Shown piece by piece: positions 52,890-64,000 of a stretch of DNA of 64,000 nt (the first letter of the stretch is position 1; each line of letters starts with the position of its first letter). Origin of the DNA: Mobula hypostoma (lineage: Eukaryota); assembly GCF_963921235.1 (NCBI RefSeq), contig NC_086097.1, positions 201,006,001 to 201,070,000 of the forward strand, in the 5' to 3' direction. Below the pieces are notes generated by a model. It worked only from the letters and a program-made list of their open reading frames with translations. It did not search any database and was not told the DNA's origin. A program made the position numbers and the translations under genes.

Positions 52890-53650
52890 GTATCTAGGAC
52901 GAGGGAGATGGCTTCATTTTTTAAAGAAAGGGGCTTCCCTTCCTCCACTATCAACTCTGCTCTTAAACGCATCTCCCCCATTTCACGTACATCTGCTCTC
53001 ACTCCATCCTCCCACCACCCCACTAGGAATAGGGGTCCCCTGGTCCTCACCTACCACCCCACCAGCCTCCGGGTCCAACATATTATTCTCCGTAACTTCC
53101 GCCACCTCCAACGGGATCCCACCACTAAGCACATTTTTCCCTCCCCCCCTCTCTCTGCATTCCGCTGGGATCGCTCCCCACGCAACTCCCTTGTCCATTC
53201 GTCCCCCCCATCCCTCCCCACTGATCTCCCTCCTGGCACTTATCCGTGTAAGCGAACCAAGTGCTACACATGCCCTTACACTTCCTCCCTTACCACCATT
53301 CAGGGCCCCAAACAGTCCTTCTAGGTGAGGCAACACTTCACCTGTGAGTCGACTGGGGTGATATACTGCGTCCGGTGCTCCCGATGTGGCCTTTTATATA
53401 TTGGCGAGACCCGACGCAGACTGGGAGACCGCTTTGTTGAATATCTATGCTCTGTCCGCCAGAGAAAGCAGGATCTCCCAGTGGCCACACATTTTAATTC
53501 CACATCCCATTCCCATTCTGACATGTCTATCCACGGCCTCCTCTACTGTAAAGATGAAGCCACACTCAGGTTGGAGGAACAACACCTTATATTCCGTCTG
53601 GGTAGCCTCTAACCTGATGGCATGAACATCGACTTCTCTAACTTTCGCTA
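52890..53650 (+). pseudogene. Penelope ORF C-terminus (RT thumb, zinc linker, GIY-YIG endonuclease) with in-frame stops
   Basis: ORFs 52671-53324 and 53325-53612 are in the same frame; PLVLTYHP, GVIYCVRCSRCGLLYIGETRRRLGDRF, RLEEQHLIFRLG. Confidence 0.9.
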
Positions 53651-53947
53651 AGGCCCCACCTCCCCCTCGTACCCCATCTGTTACTTATTTTTATGCACAC
53701 ATTCTTTCTCTCACTCTCCTTTTTCTCCCTCTGTCCCTCTGAATATACCTCTTGCCCATCATCTGGGTCCCCCCCCTACCTTGTCTTTCTTCCCGGACCT
53801 CCTGTCCCATGATCCTCTCATATCCCCTTTTGCCTATCACCTGTCCAGCTCTTGGCTCTATCCCTCCCCCTCCTGTCTTCTCCTATCATTTTGCATCTCC
53901 CCCTCCCCCTCCAGCTTTCAAATCCCTTACTCACTCTTCCTTCAGTT

Positions 53948-53983
53948 AGTCCTGACGAAGGGTCTCGGCCTGAAACGTTGACT
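53948..53983 (+). ncRNA. Minimal hammerhead ribozyme motif (Penelope-type)
   Basis: agtc-CTGACGA-agggtctcggcct-GAAA-c-GTT-gact. Confidence 0.75.
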
Positions 53984-54530
53984 GCGCCTCTTCCTATAGA
54001 TGCTGCTTGGCCTGCTGCGTTCACCAGCAACTTTGATGTGTGTCCCACAGTTCCAGTTTGGCTTTGAAAGCAGACACTTTATTTGCCAACTTGAAGACAG
54101 TTGTCATTCTCCCCTGAAGTGACAAATTGAATTCATTGAGCAGGTTGAAGATGTCACACAGATAAGAGTTTTGATATCCACTCCGCGTCATGGAAGTGTG
54201 CTGCCAGTGGTGACTTTTTTCCTGAAAGAAATCTCCGTAGCTGCTCTCTTAACTCAAAAACCCTGGCCAGGGCTCTCCCCCTTGACAGCCACCTGACTTC
54301 AATGTGTAAGAGAAGGCGTTTGTGCTCTGCATCCATTTCCTCGCAAAGCTGCTCAAACAAACGTGAGTTAAGGGCTTTTGCTTTGATGTGATTGATAACT
54401 TCAACAACATCACTCAATACACTGTTAAAATCAGGTGACATTTTTCAGCCAGCCAGCATTTCCACACAGCTTATAGACTGGCAACCAGGAGCAACCTCTT
54501 TGACTTGGGTAGTGAAACCAGACAGCCGTC

Positions 54531-55813
54531 CATTCAGGACAAGGAACTGGGAACTAGAAGCCTGGGCTTGGACTTGGGCTTGGACCCTGAAACTAGGTGA
54601 GGACATGATGTGGCTACAGGACTGGACATGGCTTGGGTTCTTCATGGCTTGGGTACTTCTTGCCTTGGGTTCTTCAAGGCAAGGACATGATGAGGCTTGG
54701 GTTCTTCGAGGCAAGGACATGACGAAGCTTGGGTTCTTCAAGGTGAGGTCATGACAAGGCTTGGGTTCGGACTCTGAGTCAGAGACTGGACAAGGACCCA
54801 GAACCTGGGTCGTGACTCGGGCTTGGACTCCGGAACTAGCTGAAAACATGACGTGGTCTTGGGAGACAGGACTAGGCAAGGCTACAGGACAGAATGAGAG
54901 ACTCCTGGGCAAGACGAGGGAACTCCAGCACAGGAAGAGGGAACTCCAGCACAGGACGAGGCACCTGGACAGGACGAGAACATGAATCCTTGACTTAGTA
55001 CTCAGGAACAGCCGAGCCTCGGACTTGGGACAACAGAAACCTCGGAACCTTGGACTAGGGATGACAGGAACGCAGAACACGGAGTCTTGGTCTTGGGGAG
55101 GACAGGAAAACAGAGCCTTGGTCTACAGCATGGGAACACGGAGCCTTGGACTTGAGAGACAGGAACACAGGGACATGGAACACAGAGCAGGGCCCCTCCT
55201 TGGGAACAGGACTTAGGGCCGGGACTTGTACACAGAACACAGAGCCAGGATCTATCCTTGTGAACAGGACTTGGGGCCGGGGCTCTACACAGAACACTGA
55301 ACACGACGAGATGGTTCCCAACACTAGGTAGCGGCAAACGGCCGGACCTACCTAGCGAAGGCGTGGACACAGAAACAGTTCCAACTCAATGATAGACAGT
55401 TCCTTATCTTGACACAGCAAGGCTCCAGTCTAGCTCCAGTGGTAGAACTTGACAAGGTTGCGGGCAAGGCTCCAGAAGGAAGGGGAAGGGAAGGGAACAG
55501 TCCAGCCTCAGGGTAACGGCAAAGACGGCCTGGCTTACTCAACAGAGGCAAGGACAGGAAGGGACAGATCCAACCGCAGGGTAACGGCAAAGACGGCCTG
55601 ACTTACTCCACAGAGGCGAGGACAGGATACTGATAAGACGAACCAGCATCAGCACACGAACCTAGGGCCACTTATATTCCCAGTCCCAATACGAGCATCA
55701 GGTGCCTATGATTAAGCCCAACTGAAACAAGGGACAGCCAGAAGATCCAGAGTCTGGAGTCCACGGACTGGACTTTGAACCGGAACACGGACTTCACGGA
55801 CTGGACCATGACA
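54531..55813 (-). mobile_element. Truncated LTR-like element with internal tandem repeats
   Basis: Starts tgtcatgg on the minus strand at 55813; TATA-like tataag about 140 bp in; several short tandem duplications; no second end visible. Confidence 0.6.
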
Positions 55814-55814
55814 A

Positions 55815-56135
55815 ATAGTCATAGTCATAGTCATACTTTATTGATCCTGGGGGAAATTGGTTTTCGTTACAGTTGCACCATAAGTAATTAAATAGTAATA
55901 AAACCATAAATAATTAAATAGTAAAATGTAAATTATGTCAGGAAATAAATCCAGGACCAGCCTATTGGCTCAGGGTGTCTGACCCTCCAAGGGAGGAGCT
56001 GTAAAGTTTGATGGCACAGGCAGGATTGACTTCCTATGACGCTCCGTGTTGCATCTCGGTGGAATGAGTCTCTGGCTGAATGTACTCCTGTGCCCACCCA
56101 GTACATTATGTAGTAGATGGGAGACATTGTCCTCC
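55815..56135 (-). mobile_element. Rex1/Babar-like LINE 3' end
   Basis: aataaag followed by a (tatgac)n tail on the minus strand; degenerate ORF C-terminus. Confidence 0.7.
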
Positions 56136-56139
56136 ATCC

Positions 56140-57040
56140 CCACAATGTTGTGGGTAGTCTGGAGGGTTGTCAGAGGTTACAGAGGGACATTGATAGGATG
56201 TGAAGTGCCTGATGGAGCTTAACCCAGATAAGTGTGAAGTGGTTCATTTTGGTAGGATAAATTTGAAGACAGAATATAATATTAATGGTAAGACTCTTGG
56301 CAGTGTGGAGGATCAGTGAGGTCTTGGGCTCTGTGTCCATAGGACACCCAAAGCTGCTGCGCATGTTGACAGCGTTGTTAAGAAGGCGTATGGTGTGATG
56401 GCCTTCATCGACCATGGAATTGAGTTCAAGAGTCATAAGGTAATTTTAAAGCTATAAAAGACCTTAGTTATACCCCACTTGGAGTACTGTGTTCAGTTCT
56501 GGTCACCTCACTACAGCAAGGATGTGGATACTATAGAAAGAGTACAGAGGAGACTTACAAGGATGTTGCCTGGATTGGAGAGCATACCTTATGGGAATGG
56601 TTGAGTGAATTTGGCCTTGGAGCGATGGAGACTGAGAGGTGATCTGATAGAGGTGTATAAGATGATGAGAGGCATTGATTGTGTGTATAGCCAGAGGCTT
56701 TTTTCACAGGTCTGAAATGGCTAACATGAGGGGGCATAGTTTTTAGGTGCTTGGAAGTACGTACAAGGGGGATGTGAGAAGTAAGTTTTTCACACAGAGA
56801 GTGGTGGGTGCGTGGAATGCACTGCCAGTGACGGTGTTAGAGGCTGATACAACAGGGTCTTTTAAGAGACCCTTAGGTAGGTACATGGAGCTTAGAAAAA
56901 TCGAGGCTTATGCGGTAGGAAAATTCTAGGCAGTTTCTAGAGTTAGTTACATGGTTGACACATTACTCAATAGAGACAAGGACAGGAAGGGACATTGTGG
57001 GCTGAAGGGCCTGTAATGTGCTGTCGATGTCTATGTTCTA
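56140..57040 (+). mobile_element. CR1 LINE 3' fragment, same subfamily as 32763-33577
   Basis: FFTQRVVGAWNALP; (ctatgt)n tail. Confidence 0.88.
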
Positions 57041-57044
57041 ATTT

Positions 57045-60000
57045 ATTTCAGTTACAACTCCATGAGATCCACAACATATCTACCAATGTCTAATTGTCCT
57101 ACAAGATCGTCTACATTATTCTGCATACAGTGTGCATTCAGCTTTAACATCTTCACTCCTGAATTCATCACCCTTTTTGATTTTGACCCACTATTACACT
57201 TTAATATCCTATTGACTGACTGTAAACTTTGCCTTATCAGTTGTAGTATGCCGCACTACATACTGCATCAGGTTCTATACCAATTGCTCAATTGTTCGCC
57301 CTATCACTCTGGTTTCCATCCCCCTGCGAAATTTATTTACTTGTTAGGCATTGCTTGTTAGGGAAAATATTACAGCAGTGCTCAGGCAGGACAGATTAGA
57401 GGGCTTGTCTACCGAGTCCTTATGGGTGGAGCTGAGAAACAGGAAAAGTATGGCCACATTAGTGGGATTGTATTACAGACCACCCAATAGTCAAAGAGAA
57501 TTGGAAGTGCAAATCTGCAGAGAGATAGCAGGCAACTGCAGGAAACATAAAGTTGTGGTGGTAAGGGATTTTAATTTTCCATATATTGATTGGGTCTCCC
57601 ATACTGTTAGGGGTCTAGATGGTTTAGAGTTTGTAAAATGTGTTCAGGAAAGTTTTCTAAATCAATATATAGAGGAACCGACTAGAGGGGATGCAATATT
57701 GGATCTCCTGTTAGGAAACGAGTTAGGACAAGTGACAGAAGTCTGTGTAGGGGAGTTTTGGTTCCAGTGATCATAACACCATTAGTTTCAACTTGATCAT
57801 GGACAAGGATAGATCTGGTCCTAGGGTTGAGGTTCTTAACTGGAAGAAGGCCAAATTTGAAGAAATGAGAAAGTATCTAAAAAGCATGGATTGGGACAGG
57901 TTGTTCTCTGGCATGGATGTGATCGGTAGGTGGGAAGCCTTCAGAGCAGAAATTTTGAGAGTGCAGAATTTGTATGTTCCTGTCAGGATTAAAGGCAAGG
58001 TGAATAGGAATAAGGAACCTTAGTTCTCAAGGGATATTGCAACTCTGATAAAGAAGAAGAGGGAGTTGTATGATGTATATAGGAAGCAGGGAGTAAATAA
58101 GGTGCTTGAGGAGTATAAGAAGTGCAAGAAAATACTTAAGAAAGAAATCAGGAGACAAAATCAGGCTAAAAGAAGACATGAGGTTGCCTTGGCAGTCAAA
58201 GTGAAGGATAATCCAAAGAGCTTTTACAGGTATATTAAGAGCAAAAGGATTGTAAGGGATAAAATTGGTCCTCTTGAAGATCAGAGTGGTCGGCTATGTG
58301 CGGAACCAAAGGAAATGGAGGAGATCTTAAATAGGTTTTTTGCGTCTGTATTTACTAAGCAAACTGGCATGACGTCTATGGAATTAAGGGAAACAAGTAG
58401 TGAGATCATGGAAACTGTACAGATCGAAAAGGAGGAGGTCCTTGCTGTCTTGAGGAAAATTAAAGTGGATAAATCCCTGGGACCTGACAGGGTGTTCCCT
58501 TGGACCTTGAAGGAGACTAGTGTTGAAATTGCAGGGACCGTGAGGTGCCGGAGGATTGGAGAGTGGCTCATGTTGTTCCGTTGTTTAAAAAATGATCGAA
58601 AAGTAATCCGGGAAATTATAGGCCAGTAAGTTTAACGTCGGTAGTAGGTAAGTTATTGGAGGGAGTACTAAGAGACAGAATCTACAAGCATTTGGATAGA
58701 CAGGGACTTATTAGGGAGAGTCAATATGGCTTTGTGTGTGGTAGGTCATGTTTGACCAGTCTATTGGAGTTTTTTGAGGAGGTTACCAGGAAAGTGGATG
58801 AAGGGAAGGTAGTGGATATTGTCTACATGGACTTCAGTAAGGCCTTTGACAAGGTCCCGCATGGGAGGTTAGTTAGACAAATTCAGTCACTAGGTATACA
58901 TGGAGAGGTGGTAAATTGGATTAGACATTGGCTCAATGGAAGAAGCCAAAGAGTGGTAGTACAGAATTGCTTCTCCGAGTGAAGGCCTGTGACTAGTGGT
59001 GTGCCACAAGGATCAGTGCTGGGTCCATTGTTATTTGTCATCTATATCAATGATCTGGATGATAATGTGGTAAATTGGATCAGCAAATTTGCTGATGATA
59101 CAAAGATTGGAGGTGTAGTAGACAGTGAGGAAGGTTTTCAGAGCCTGCAGAGGGACTTGGACCAGCTGTAAAAATGGGCTGAAAAATGGCAGATGGAGTT
59201 TAATAAAGACAAGTGTGAGATACTGCATGTTGGAAGGACAAACCAAGGTAGAACATACAGGGTTAATGGTAAGGCACTGAGGAGTGCAGTGGAACAGAGG
59301 GATCTGGGAATACAGATACAAAATTCCCTAAAAGTGGCATCACAGGTAGATAGGGTCGTAAAGAGAGCTTTTGGTACATTGGCCTTTATTAATCGAAGTA
59401 TTGAGTATAAGAGCTGGAATGTTATGATGAGGTTGTATAAGGCATTGGTGAGGCCGAATCTGGAGTATTGTGTTCAGTTTTGGTCACCAAATTACAGGAA
59501 GGATATAAATAAGGTTGAAAGAGTGCAGAGAAGGTTTACAAGGATGTTGCCGGGACTTGAGAAACTCAGTTACAGAGAAAGGTTGAATAGGTTAGGACTT
59601 TATTCCCTGGAGCGTAGAAGAATGAGGGGAGATTTGATAGAGGTATATAAAATTATGATGGGTATAGATGGAGTGAATGCAAGCAGGCTTTTTCCACTGA
59701 GGCAAGGAGAGAAAAAAACCAGAGGACATGGGTTAAGGGTGAGGGGGGAAAAGTTTAAGGGAAACATTAGGGGGGGCTTCTTCACACAGAGAGTGATGGG
59801 AGTATGGAATGAGCTGCCAGACGAGGTGGTAAATGTGGGTTCTTTTTTAACATTTAAGAATAAATTAGACAGATACATGGATGGGAAGTGTATGGAGGGA
59901 TATGGTCCATGTGCAGGTCAGTGGGACTCGGCAGAAAATGGTTCGGCACAGCCAAGAAGGGCCAAAAGGCCTGTTTCTGTGCTGTAGTTTCTATGGTTTC

Positions 60001-61200
60001 ATTTAAACTCACCCCAATTGCTCTAGCAACCCTGCGTGCAAGGATATTGATGCTCTTCAGGTTCACGTGTAACCCAAACTTTTTATACAGGTCATATCTT
60101 CCCCAGAAGTAATGCCAAAGTTCCAGAAATCTGAAATCCCACCATCTGCACCACTTCCTCAGCCACGCATTCATCTGTCAAATTACTGTATTCTTACCTT
60201 CGCTGGAGTGCAGCACAGACAGCAATCTAGAGATTACTACCCTGGAGTCCCTGTTTTTCAGCTTTCTACGTAGCTCCCTATATTCTCCCTTCACAGGACC
60301 TCCTAATTTTTGCTACCTATGTCTGTGGTGCCAACATGTACCAAAACTTCTGATTGCTCACCATCCCCTTTTAGGATGTTGTGGATCTGATCCGAGACAG
60401 CACAGACCCTGAGACATGGGAGGCAACATACCATCAACGTATCTCTTTCACATCCACGGAATATCATGCCCACCCCTCTAACTGAGAATCTCCTGTGAAT
60501 ATTGCACTCCTTATCTACCCCTTCCCTTCCGAGCCACAGTGCCAAAGATCCGGTCGCTGAGGCTCCCCCGGTAGGCCATCCCCTTGAACAGTATCCAAAG
60601 TGGTATATAACCACAGGGGTACTCTGCACTGGCTGCTCATTTTCTTTCCCTCTCCTGATAGTCAGCCAGGCAATTGCCTCCTGAAACTTGGGGGGTGACA
60701 ACCACCTTGTAGCTCCTATCACTTTCTCAGTTTCCTGTGTGAGCCGAAGATCATTGATCAGCAGCTCCAGTTTCTCAGCACATTCTCTGAGGAGCTGCAG
60801 CTTGGTGCACCTTCTGCAGGTTTGGTTATCCGGGAGGCTGGATGTCTCCCGGAATTCCCACATCTCACACAAAGAACACAACACAGCCCCTGGATCCTTT
60901 CTCACTGCACTAACAGACAAAGAATGAAGAAGAAACTTATCTTGTCCAAGCCTGTTGAGCCAAAGCCTCACCACTCTAACACTGATCCATGCATACAATG
61001 GCTGTTCTGCTTGTCTCTACCTTATTTGCCCTTACTAATAAATCACAATTCAATGGACCGCAGGAAAAAGGCTGAAAGCCAACAAATGTTCCTTTTAAAA
61101 TCTAACTCACAGACCAGTGGGTCACCTCCTCTCTCACTCCCAATTCAATTGGGCCTCTGGATAAAGCCAAAAGCCCGCAAACGCTCATTTTAAATCTCTC
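57045..61200 (-). mobile_element. Older CR1 5' region (5' UTR and ORF1 zinc finger/esterase), interrupted by a younger CR1
   Basis: ORF 60303-60998: CSLCEMWE...CRRC zinc finger, coiled coil, VHVGTTDIG; LHVN motif; continues at 57045-57339. Confidence 0.8.
57340..60000 (+). mobile_element. Relatively young CR1 LINE ORF2 (endonuclease C-terminus, RT, 3' UTR) with few stops
   Basis: [39 protein letters not shown]; possible TSD attta at 57335-57339 and 60001-60005. Confidence 0.95.
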
Positions 61201-63921
61201 TCCCCACCAACCACCATCCTTGTGTTCATCTTGTATCATGGATAGGATTGAATGCAACATGCCCATTTATCTGAATAACATCTGATATTTGGTGTATAAT
61301 AATCCAATCCTCAGCTACCCCAATGGATTTCTTGACGTGGTGAATGAGATAAGAAGGTGAAATTACCATATTCTGAATTGTGTAGAGGTGGAAGATCATC
61401 TGTTCATAAGTCCTTTTATTTTAGGTTTTGTTTTCAGAAGAGAAAGTGAAAGAATGTACCATTTTCAAGAAATACCAGTTTGACTCCTCCATAGCTTTTA
61501 ATATTTCCAGCTAGGTTTTCTGCTAGACTTTTCTCAATCCGAAATCATCATACAGCTAATGTGTCAAAGATTCAAGAAAAACTACAATGCAGACAGCAGT
61601 TTTTTCCACATCCCCCCCGCCCCCATTCAAACAACAACAGTATGTTCAGGAGACTTCAATGAAATGGCTAAATTCTTGACAGGTACAGGCTACGCCATCC
61701 CTGCGAAAAGGTAATCATAAATATTACGATGTGAACAGGGACCAGGTGGATCTTCTGTTGCAATAGTTTGACACATTAGGTAACTTGAACAGCTAAAATG
61801 AGAAGAGGACTGAGCAATGAGTTAAGGATGCTTGCGCACCATGAGGGGAGAATTATTTCTAGGTCACAAGTGATCAAAGGAACTGAGCTCTTTGTGGCCA
61901 AATGTATTATGCACGCAATAAAAAAAGAAGTGCCAGCTGACACTGCAAGGATTTTCAAGCTACAGTATTTCAGATAAGAATGAAGGATCAAAAACTGTCT
62001 GAAGATTTAATATTCTTGATTTCTATTTAAATAGTGATTGTTTTAAAATTGTAACCTCAATAATTTGCTAGCAATGAGTCAAGTTTAGCACCAATGATTA
62101 AGTGCAGGCCAAGTGCTTCCATCTGCGCTAATAGTGCACTTTCATCCACAGCCACTTTAATTGCTGGTTTTGCAGCAACAACAAGACCACCTGTTGCAGG
62201 CAGGATGCCATTCAAACCATGGTACAATTTGAAAGCAATGAGGTTGAGCCTAAAAGAGATTCAGTTAAGTTAAATCTTTAAGGATGCTTCTTCTGTTTGT
62301 CCAAGGGAATGTGAATGTATTCTGATATGGTTTATCCTCTCATACTCCTGATTATCTTTAGATACCCTCTCAATAATTAATGGTGGGACAGATGGCTAAA
62401 TGTAGAAAGAATTGATGTTTAGAGACATTACCACACCAGGAGGGCTGAATTAGTTCTACAATCCTGCCTGTTGACCCTCTCAAACTCCTACTGGGTTGAG
62501 CAGGAATCTGGCCCAGAAGATGTAAAGGAGGTACAGGAATTCCAGTGAGAGGTGTCACAGTATTTTCTTTATGTGGTTGTTGCCAAATCCCTCAGTTAAG
62601 CTTGGGATTCAATTTCTTGGTTTCTTTTTAGCTGTACAATGCATTTAATTTTGTATTTCATTCATACAGACTCCTTCAAAAATCATTCATTCTAGAAATT
62701 GGTTATTCTTAAATTTGTCTACTTATAACTTTAATTCTTATTTCAATCACCTAACCTTGATTTTGTAACAGTCTACTCAGATCAATATAATTCATGACTG
62801 ACTGTGATTAACTATCAATTTTGTTCACTCATGCATCAATCGATCTATAAATATTGGCCAAATATATTTCATTTTCCAAATTTCTCCTTTAAACTTTCAC
62901 CACTACTCCTAATGATATTTGCAGAGGATCCAAGACAAATAGATAATCTATTGAAATGGACATAATCTTCAAATGTAAATAAGAAAGCTTTGTAAAGACC
63001 ATTTAAATATAAGTGGGATATCAATATAAATGGTAACAAAGCATTTCAGTCATTGTTTTTGTAATTAAGTTTTGATCAAATCACAGATCCCAACCTCCTT
63101 TCTCCACAAGGATTATATCACAGACTCTGACAATTTTTTTTTTGTAAGAATGAAATCAGTTCATGTTCATACATTACTGTGGAAATAAAGCTTATTTTAT
63201 ACTAAAGATTGTGTAAGATAACATGCAAGAATACTCAGAAGGTTCACTGCTTGAGCGATTAGTGCTTCTTGATACTGACATAAAATGGCAGCTGAAGATT
63301 CTACACTGGCAACGAAACATCATCAGTGATAAAAAAAAACAGGCTAAGCAAAATGCACCAATGTAGGTTTATCAACTATTATCTCACTGTAGTTTAGTGA
63401 TAACTTATGTGATAATAGTGGCTTTAGAAGTCTTTCATTGTAGTAAAGTACTTTGGTAAAACATGATATACACTGAATGCTAATTCTTCATTTTTGTACT
63501 GATAGATATTTTTATACTGCTTCATAATAAATTGAAATCAAGAATATAGTACATTGAAACATTTTGGATATATAATCAACTAGCATGCAACTTAATTTTC
63601 TCTGGAACCGTACCAGTTAATGGAACAATTGTCAAAAGGTCTGAGACACAACATATTGATTTATCTTTTATCTTTTTAGCTGTAGACTGACTTTCAGTGT
63701 ACTTCCAGCAGGTTTTTATATTATTTCAGAATTGCACCTTTCTCTCTTTCTTCCATTTACAGAAGTCAATACACTTGAGTAAAATTTCCTTGCAATGCCC
63801 AAAACACTGTTATTAACCTGCCAAAGAGTTAACTGTTGCATTAAAGTAAATTGATGATAAATATTATATGAACACATCAACAAGTACATAAACTAATAAA
63901 ATTCATCTCTAATAATACATA

Positions 63922-64000
63922 CAAACATACAAAATGCTGGAGGAACTCAGCAGGTCAGGCAGATTTTATAGAAATGAATAAACTGTCAATGTTTCAGGCT
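63922..64000 (-). mobile_element. Penelope terminal-repeat fragment running off the window edge
   Basis: acaaaatgctggaggaactcagcaggtcaggc...gtttcaggc is the reverse complement of the Penelope terminus seen at 46812-46948. Confidence 0.75.

Larger units (their letters stand above)
52715..54043 (+). mobile_element. Penelope-like retroelement (5'-truncated) with an inverted 5' pseudo-LTR
   Basis: 13-bp TSD cccacagttccag at 52702-52714 and 54044-54056; CKRTKCYTC linker and VIY...YIGET GIY-YIG domain; 52751-52885 is inverted relative to 53909-54043. Confidence 0.95.
52000..54530 (-). mobile_element. hAT Charlie/Buster-type DNA transposon remnant, interrupted by Penelope and truncated
   Basis: Terminus-like ggtcgccaaccttttttgcacc; transposase motifs INHIKAKALNSRLF, LLLHIEVRWLSRG, EWVRDPF. 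Confidence 0.88.

Noticed and set aside
52508..53336. Several long overlapping ORFs on both strands
   Set aside because: Shadow frames of the C-rich Penelope sequence; only the plus-strand frame with Penelope motifs is meaningful
54154..54441. ZBED5/SCAND3-like ORF as a domesticated host gene
   Set aside because: Frameshifted, interrupted by Penelope and truncated, so it is a dead hAT transposase

Overview
Eukaryotic, repeat-dominated vertebrate DNA with no host gene exons that I can support. The CR1, Rex1/Babar and Penelope families look like those of a cartilaginous fish such as a ray or shark (inference). Most listed ORFs are fragments of transposable elements or their antisense shadows. 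Contents: many CR1 and Rex1/Babar LINE copies, often nested; a full-length but dead Tc1 element; a palindromic mariner derivative built from two 3' ends; an internally deleted Mag-like Gypsy element with both LTRs and a 5-bp TSD; a solo LTR; a truncated LTR; a hAT/Charlie remnant; small hAT MITEs; and Penelope (GIY-YIG) elements carrying minimal hammerhead ribozyme motifs. The most notable structures are: (1) a hidden, old fold-back duplication spanning about 12.2-20.6 kb whose right arm was split by later insertions; (2) two Penelope insertions of 1.3 kb and 96 bp with the same 3' end, an inverted 5' terminus and 13-bp TSDs; (3) a 607-bp mariner palindrome with five TIR copies; (4) a 32-bp locally templated insertion. 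None of these is demonstrably a new biological system. All alignments and coordinates were read by eye.
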